Shown: positions 7,675 to 12,656 of the stretch, piece by piece
Layout of the letters: each line of letters starts with the position of its first letter
Numbering within the stretch: position 1 is the stretch's first letter
Source of the DNA: Dehalococcoidia bacterium
GTDB lineage: Bacteria; Chloroflexota; Dehalococcoidia; Bin125
DNA: 12,656 nucleotides
Reading direction: 5' to 3'
Assembly (NCBI GenBank): GCA_963555985.3
Contig: CAUVXV020000003.1
Coordinates: 1 to 12,656, forward strand
Translations under genes and position numbers: made by a program
The notes under the pieces: generated by a model
What the model was told of the DNA's origin: nothing
Seen by the model: the letters and a program-made list of their open reading frames with translations, nothing else
The model's database searches: none

Positions 7675-7701
7675 CCCGCTCCCCCTGCACGGGGGAGCGG
7701 G
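7675..7701. repeat. Perfect 11-bp GC-rich intergenic hairpin
   Basis: CCCGCTCCCCC-tgcac-GGGGGAGCGGG. No U-tract follows. The 3' arm overlaps the SD-like GGGAGAG of the next gene. Confidence 0.75.
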
Positions 7702-7709
7702 AGAGAAGC

Positions 7710-9020
7710 ATGAAATTCCACTGGTTCCACGGAATGCCCTGGCCGCATCTGCCGGCTGACTTCCGCGAGCGCAACCGCTCAGTCTGGGTGGACGCCGACT
7801 CGCGGCTCTACGAGCCGCTGCGCGGCCACCGCGCCTACCACGAATATCTGGACCAGCTCGAGTACGCCGAGCGGGTGGGTTTCGATGGGCTAATCGTCAA
7901 CGAGCATCATCAGAACGTCTTCGGCCTGATGCCCTCGCCCCAACTGATGACAGCCGCGCTCGCCCGCCGAACCTCTCGCGCCGCCATCATCATGCTCGGG
8001 ACCTCCCTCCCGCTCTACAACCCGCCTACTCGCGTAGCTGAAGAGATCGCGATGCTCGACGTGATCTCCGGCGGCCGGATCATCGCCGGGTTTCCCTTGG
8101 GCACGCCGATGGACGCCAACTACGCCTGCGGCCTCAATCCGGTCACACTGCGCGAGCGCTATCGCGAGCATCACGACCTCATCCTCCGCGCCTGGACGGA
8201 TCCGAAAGTCTTCAGCTGGAACGGCGAGTACAGCAAGCTGCGCTACGTGAACATCTGGCCGCGACCACTCCAGCGACCGCACCCCCCGATCTGGATTCCG
8301 GCGGACGGCTTCTCTCACGAAACCTGGGACTTCTGCGCCGAGCGCGGCTACAACTATTCCTGTCTGGCCAGCCGCGGCCTCGCTCCGGCGCAAGCGGCGA
8401 TGGACGGTTTTTGGCGTACCATCTCGGCGCGCGGCCTGCCCCGCAACCCGTTTCAGGGAGCGGTCTCGCAGACGATCATCGTCGCCGAAACCGACGATCA
8501 GGCGCAGCAGCTCTACGAGCCGCACTTGCGCTATACCGAGCGCCACACGGCAAACGAATTCCCCGGCTGGAGCGAAGCGCCGGGCTGGCGCACGGAGCGC
8601 GGTCTCCGCGAACGCGCCGCCAGACTCTTGGCGCAGCAGGCGGAACCGTCCCCATCGACCTCGGAGCCGACTTGGCAGGAGCGGATCGACAGCGGAGCGC
8701 TCGCCGCCGGCTCGCCGGCGACCGTGACCGAACAGCTCGAACACCTCGTGAGCTCGCTCCGAGTGGGGCACCTGATCGGCGTCTTCCAGTTCGGCGATCT
8801 GCCCCATGACCTGACGCTCCACAGCACGCGCCTCTTCGCCGAGCGGGTGATCCCGCGTCTGCGCCGGCTCTGGAGCGAATACGCCGACCATTGGTCGCCC
8901 GCGCCCGTCAACGCGAGCGCGACATTCGACCGCAGCCGAACAGAACCGAACAAACCCGCACGCACACGCCCATCCCCGCACTCGAGCGGGGAAACACCCG
9001 AACTTGCAGGAGTGACATGA
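7710..9020 (+). CDS. LLM-class flavin-dependent oxidoreductase, paralogue 2
   Basis: Starts MKFHWFHGMPWPHLP and is colinear with paralogue 1 (GFDGLIVNEHH, RVAEEIAMLDVISGGR, PRPLQRPHPPIW). The ORF-track start at 7611 is an upstream extension. Confidence 0.93.
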   Translation: MKFHWFHGMPWPHLPADFRERNRSVWVDADSRLYEPLRGHRAYHEYLDQLEYAERVGFDGLIVNEHHQNVFGLMPSPQLMTAALARRTSRAAIIMLGTSLPLYNPPTRVAEEIAMLDVISGGRIIAGFPLGTPMDANYACGLNPVTLRERYREHHDLILRAWTDPKVFSWNGEYSKLRYVNIWPRPLQRPHPPIWIPADGFSHETWDFCAERGYNYSCLASRGLAPAQAAMDGFWRTISARGLPRNPFQGAVSQTIIVAETDDQAQQLYEPHLRYTERHTANEFPGWSEAPGWRTERGLRERAARLLAQQAEPSPSTSEPTWQERIDSGALAAGSPATVTEQLEHLVSSLRVGHLIGVFQFGDLPHDLTLHSTRLFAERVIPRLRRLWSEYADHWSPAPVNASATFDRSRTEPNKPARTRPSPHSSGETPELAGVT

Positions 9021-9808
9021 TGCCCGAACTCTCAACCCTCGATCTCAGCCCGGGCGGACAGACCGCGCACGTCTGGCGCGGCGGCGAAGGCCCGCCCCTG
9101 CTCTTCCTCCATCCCGTCACCGGCATCCCCCGTTGGGGTGGCGCAATCGCCGAACTCGCCAACGACTTCGACGTGATCGCGCCCTATCAGCCTGGCTGGG
9201 GGCCGGCCAAAGACGACTTACCCGGCGTCCGCGACGCGCTCGACCTAGTGCTCTTCAACGTCGATCTGCTCAATACCGTCGGCGTCGGTTCCGCCCACCT
9301 GGTCGGTGTGAGCATCGGCGCCTGGATCGCCGCCGAAATCGCAGCGATTCGCCCCGATGCGGTGCAGTCGCTCACGCTGATCAATCCGCTCGGTCTCTGG
9401 TCGGAGGAGCATCCGGGCGAGGACATGTTCGCCCAGCATCCCGGGTTCCCCACCGCAGTCCTGTTCAGCAATCCCGATCAGCGCACCGCCCTGCTCATGG
9501 CCGACCGCGACCCGCTTGACGCCTACGTCGGAGAGCTGCTCGATCTGCGCGCCAGCGCTAAGTTCCTCTGGCCCATCCCCGACACCGGCGTCGGCCGCCG
9601 TCTCGCCCGAATCGACACGCGCACGCTGATCGCCACCAGCGAGAACGACAAGGTCGTCGCCAAAGTGATGGGCGACATCTGGCGCAGCGCCATCCCCGGC
9701 GCCCAGCAGATCGAGCTCGCAGGCGCCGCCCACGTCGCCGACCTGGAAGCGCCGGAAGCCCTGGCGGAGGCCGTCAGAGAGTTTGCCCTCCGCGGTCTAG
9801 GGGTCTAG
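9020..9808 (+). CDS. Alpha/beta fold hydrolase
   Basis: GEGPPLLFLHP, nucleophile elbow GVSIG, acid ENDKV, histidine AAHVA. SD AGGAG (9008-9012) is 7 nt before ATG9020, with an alternative ATG at 9017. Overlaps the LLM2 stop. Confidence 0.9.
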   Translation: MPELSTLDLSPGGQTAHVWRGGEGPPLLFLHPVTGIPRWGGAIAELANDFDVIAPYQPGWGPAKDDLPGVRDALDLVLFNVDLLNTVGVGSAHLVGVSIGAWIAAEIAAIRPDAVQSLTLINPLGLWSEEHPGEDMFAQHPGFPTAVLFSNPDQRTALLMADRDPLDAYVGELLDLRASAKFLWPIPDTGVGRRLARIDTRTLIATSENDKVVAKVMGDIWRSAIPGAQQIELAGAAHVADLEAPEALAEAVREFALRGLGV

Positions 9809-9835
9809 CAATCGCAGGCGTGGACGCGCTGTCTC

Positions 9836-11074
9836 CTAACGCGACGAGCTGTCCGTGAGACGCGTTCGCTGGACGATCGCACGGTCGATCAGCCCACGGA
9901 CGGTCTCGTTCGTGTTTCGCAAGGGAATGCGGGACGCGAACGTTACCGGTCCGAGCTCAAGGAACAATCGGCCGAAGACCTCATCAGCGAAGCTGCTGGA
10001 GATGACATCGACGCCATCAAAGTCGATCACGACATGGTCCTCCTCGGCCAGCAAATTCTCGATTTGCCGTCGTACTCGCGCGCCTGACCGTCGGGAGTTC
10101 ACGTCTCGCTCGGCTCGTTCCTTTACCCGGAACACCAGTTCACCTGCTTCCGATTCGAAGACTCTCTCTACATAATTGTACACAGGTAGTCCACTGCGCC
10201 CGCCGATCTCAAGCGCGCGTTCCAGCAGTGCGGGATCATTGGAGCCGATCCGACAACGGACTGATGTCCCCAGATACGGGATACTCTGAAACCGAGTCAC
10301 TGGTATGCCTCGTCGCTGATCGTGGTAGAGCACGGCCCGGTCCGACAGGAGTTCGAATTGGCCAGGAGAAAGACTGCCGAGCCGATAAGTGCCGAACAGC
10401 CCGTTTCCCTGACCCACTTTGTCGTCTCGGGTGCGGAGCGTTTGAATGGCCTCGCTGAGGGCGGTTTCTGGATCTCGAATTCTGAGAGACCGCGGGATCC
10501 CGATTCCGGCATCGGCGACAATGAACTCAGCCCCATTGCCGTAGGCGGTTGCCTGGATAAAACCACCGACCTCCGACTCTGCATGACGAATCACGTTATC
10601 CATGATCTCACCCAACGCCCACTCAAGTGCAATGAGGACCGACTTCCTTATGCCCGGCTGACGAATGAAGAACTCCAGCATTTGATCGAGGATGTCCTGC
10701 ATCTCAGTTTCGGTGTGGTAGTGCTGAACGGGAATGTGCTGGTCCGAAAATGAGCTCGGAGAAAAGCGCTCGGGCTCGATGAGATAGGCCCAGTTCGCAT
10801 TGCTGAAGAGGCGGTAGAGGTCATTTGACCTAGGCAGTGTGATATCGAATCTCACACCATCAACCTCGCGATAATTCGCAACGATTGGAAGAAGGGGGAG
10901 TATGAACGCCTCCGTCGCTGCACTGCACTCGGAGAAGTCGAGAGCCACATCTCGATAGCCGCGCTCATTCACTGCTTGGTGCAGCGCTGAGCACGCGCCA
11001 CGTACTGCTTGGCTTCGAGTCAGTTGGCCGCGAAAGAAGATCGCCGCATCGCGCCGCTCGATGTCGAAGGCCAT
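9836..11074 (-). CDS. STAS-like + GHKL/HATPase_c + DUF4325 (STAS-like) multidomain protein
   Basis: N-box EIMDNVIRHA, G1 box VADAGIGI, G2 box GQGNGL, G3 box GTSV. C-terminal VVIDFDGVDVISSSFADEVFGRL is DUF4325-like. N-terminal VALDFSECS is STAS-like. SD GGAG upstream. Confidence 0.8.
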   Translation of the reverse strand: MAFDIERRDAAIFFRGQLTRSQAVRGACSALHQAVNERGYRDVALDFSECSAATEAFILPLLPIVANYREVDGVRFDITLPRSNDLYRLFSNANWAYLIEPERFSPSSFSDQHIPVQHYHTETEMQDILDQMLEFFIRQPGIRKSVLIALEWALGEIMDNVIRHAESEVGGFIQATAYGNGAEFIVADAGIGIPRSLRIRDPETALSEAIQTLRTRDDKVGQGNGLFGTYRLGSLSPGQFELLSDRAVLYHDQRRGIPVTRFQSIPYLGTSVRCRIGSNDPALLERALEIGGRSGLPVYNYVERVFESEAGELVFRVKERAERDVNSRRSGARVRRQIENLLAEEDHVVIDFDGVDVISSSFADEVFGRLFLELGPVTFASRIPLRNTNETVRGLIDRAIVQRTRLTDSSSR

Positions 11075-11150
11075 TCCGTCTCCAGCGTTCGGTCAGAAAA
11101 CATCGCGCCGCAACAGCGACGGTACCCTACTGACAATTATAGGAGCTCCC

Positions 11151-12110
11151 ATGACCAAATTCGGCTTCACCCTCTCCAACCGCGGACTCGTCACCGGCGA
11201 CTCCTCGCTCGAGGACATGTTCGACCTCGCTCGCCTCGTCGACACCGACGAGCGCTGGGACAGCATCTGGGTCGGCGATTCGATCACCGCCAAGCCGCGT
11301 CTGGACGCGCTTTCGCTGATGAGCGCGTTGGCCGCCCTCACCGAGCGGGTGCGGATTGGCCCGGGCTGCTTTGCGACCACGCCGATCCGGCCGGCCCTGC
11401 TCTTGGCCTATCAGCTAGCCGCGATCGACGTGATCTCGCAGGGACGGCTGATCTTCGCGGCCTGTCAGGGAGCGCCGGAGAACTCTGAGTTTGCAGACTT
11501 CAACGTCGCGCCTAAGACTCGCTCCGGGCGGATGGAGGAGGCGATCGAGATCATTCGCCTGGTCACCTCCCAAGACCACGCCTCCTATCACGGGCGCTAC
11601 AACGACTTCGACGACATCACGATTGAGCCGCGCTCGGTGCAGCGGCCGATTCCGATCCTGGTCGTCTCCAACGCCCGCCCCGACGATCCCGTAAACCGTA
11701 AGCGTGGACTCTCTCGCGCAGCGCGCTTGGGCGACGGCTGGATGACGGTGACTCTGACCCCGCCGCTCGTAGCCGAATACCTCACCGAGCTTCGCGGCTA
11801 CGCTGCTGAACAAGGCCGCAAACTGCCCGACGACTATGAGGTGCATGTCTACTGCACGCTCAACGTCAACGACGACCGCGAGCTCGCCTTCCGCGACGCC
11901 AAGCGCTACCTGGACGACTACTACATGCTCGACCACTCGCCCGCAGCCGTGGATCGTTGGTGCACCTACGGGCCGCCGGAGCGCTGTATCGACGGCATTC
12001 AGCAGTACATCGACGCAGGCGCGACCACGATCACGATCCGCATCGCCGGCAGCGACCAGCTGCCCCAATACCGGCGCATCGTTGACGAAATCCTGTCCGC
12101 CTTCCGCTGA
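11151..12110 (+). CDS. LLM-class flavin/F420-dependent oxidoreductase, paralogue 3
   Basis: SD AGGAG then ATG11151 (MTKFGFTLSNRG). Motifs WDSIWVGDS, ALAALTERVRIG, RMEEAIEIIR, RAARLGDGW, GPPERC. Confidence 0.92.
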   Translation: MTKFGFTLSNRGLVTGDSSLEDMFDLARLVDTDERWDSIWVGDSITAKPRLDALSLMSALAALTERVRIGPGCFATTPIRPALLLAYQLAAIDVISQGRLIFAACQGAPENSEFADFNVAPKTRSGRMEEAIEIIRLVTSQDHASYHGRYNDFDDITIEPRSVQRPIPILVVSNARPDDPVNRKRGLSRAARLGDGWMTVTLTPPLVAEYLTELRGYAAEQGRKLPDDYEVHVYCTLNVNDDRELAFRDAKRYLDDYYMLDHSPAAVDRWCTYGPPERCIDGIQQYIDAGATTITIRIAGSDQLPQYRRIVDEILSAFR

Positions 12111-12162
12111 CGCAGGCTCTTTCCCCTCGATCTACCCTGCGCTCACGACAGGGAGGTTCGTC

Positions 12163-12656
12163 ATGGTCAAATTCGGACTCACACTCTCAAACCGGGGCGT
12201 CGTCACCGGCGCCTCAACGCTGGACGACATGATCGCGCTCGCACAGCAAGCCGACGCCGACGAACGCTGGGACAGCATCTGGGTCGGCGACTCGATCCTG
12301 GCCAAGCCGCGACTGGATGCGCTCGGCCTCATGTCCGCGCTGGCGGTGGTCACCGAGCGCGTCAAAATCGGACCGGCCTGCTTCGCCTCAACCCCGCTGC
12401 GCGACGCCCTGCTGCTCGCCTATCAGTACGCCTCGCTCGACTTCATGTCCAACGGACGCTCGATCTTCGCCGCCTGCATGGGCCAGGCCGCGCCCGGCGG
12501 CGGCGACATGCTGCACGAGTTCGACGCCTTTTGCGTCGCCGCCCGAGTCGCGCATGAAGCGGATGGAAGAAGCCATCGAAGTCATGCGCTTGCTGACCTC
12601 GGAGGACAACGCCTCCTACCACGGCGAGTACAACGACTTCGACAACGTCACGATCG
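12163..12656 (+). CDS. LLM-class oxidoreductase, paralogue 4; 5' part only, with an apparent +1 frameshift near 12529-12540, truncated by the window end
   Basis: SD GGAGG then ATG12163 gives MVKFGLTLSNRGVVTG...WDSIWVGDSILAKPRLDAL, colinear with paralogue 3. Similarity continues in a shifted frame (PESRMKRMEEAIEVMRLLTSEDNASYHGEYNDFDNVTI). Absent from the ORF track because there is no stop in the window. Confidence 0.88.
   Translation, partial: MVKFGLTLSNRGVVTGASTLDDMIALAQQADADERWDSIWVGDSILAKPRLDALGLMSALAVVTERVKIGPACFASTPLRDALLLAYQYASLDFMSNGRSIFAACMGQAAPGGGDMLHEFDAFCVAARVAHEADGRSHRSHALADLGGQRLLPRRVQRLRQRHD

Noticed and set aside
7675-7701. Intrinsic terminator
   Set aside because: No U-tract on either strand and it abuts the next start codon, so it is kept only as a hairpin.
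6166-7713. Arg/Pro-rich plus-strand ORFs 6166-7245 and 7246-7713
   Set aside because: Off-frame shadows of LLM1, typical of GC-rich DNA.
6413-9020. luxAB bioluminescence genes
   Set aside because: No luxCDE in the window, and the sequences look like generic LLM oxidoreductases rather than LuxA/LuxB.
11136-11141. Perfect TATAAT on the minus strand upstream of the STAS-HATPase gene
   Set aside because: No matching -35 or extended TG, and it overlaps the LLM3 SD region. Possible but unsupported.

Overview
High-GC bacterial window that mixes an accessory, defence-like block with expanded flavin monooxygenase genes. From left to right: the 5' end of a minus-strand gene (MSSTGASCYRHE), then nested REP/RIME-like palindromic elements (94-294), then a ~1020-aa single-chain type IIG-like restriction-modification gene (339/356-3415) broken by 4-5 single-base indels. 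A convergent minus-strand five-gene cassette follows: DUF5678-like protein, retropepsin-like aspartyl protease, degenerate HEPN-like domain fused to an antitoxin-like tail, RelE/ParE toxin, and a PD-(D/E)xK-like protein. Next come two tandem LLM-class monooxygenase paralogues with an alpha/beta hydrolase, a lone minus-strand STAS-like/HATPase/DUF4325 gene, and a second tandem LLM pair (the last copy frameshifted and cut by the window end). The best candidate for an undescribed system is the five-gene cassette, especially the HEPN-like/antitoxin fusion next to the DUF5678-protease pair. The indels look like long-read errors. All family assignments come from motif recognition by eye; no searches were run.
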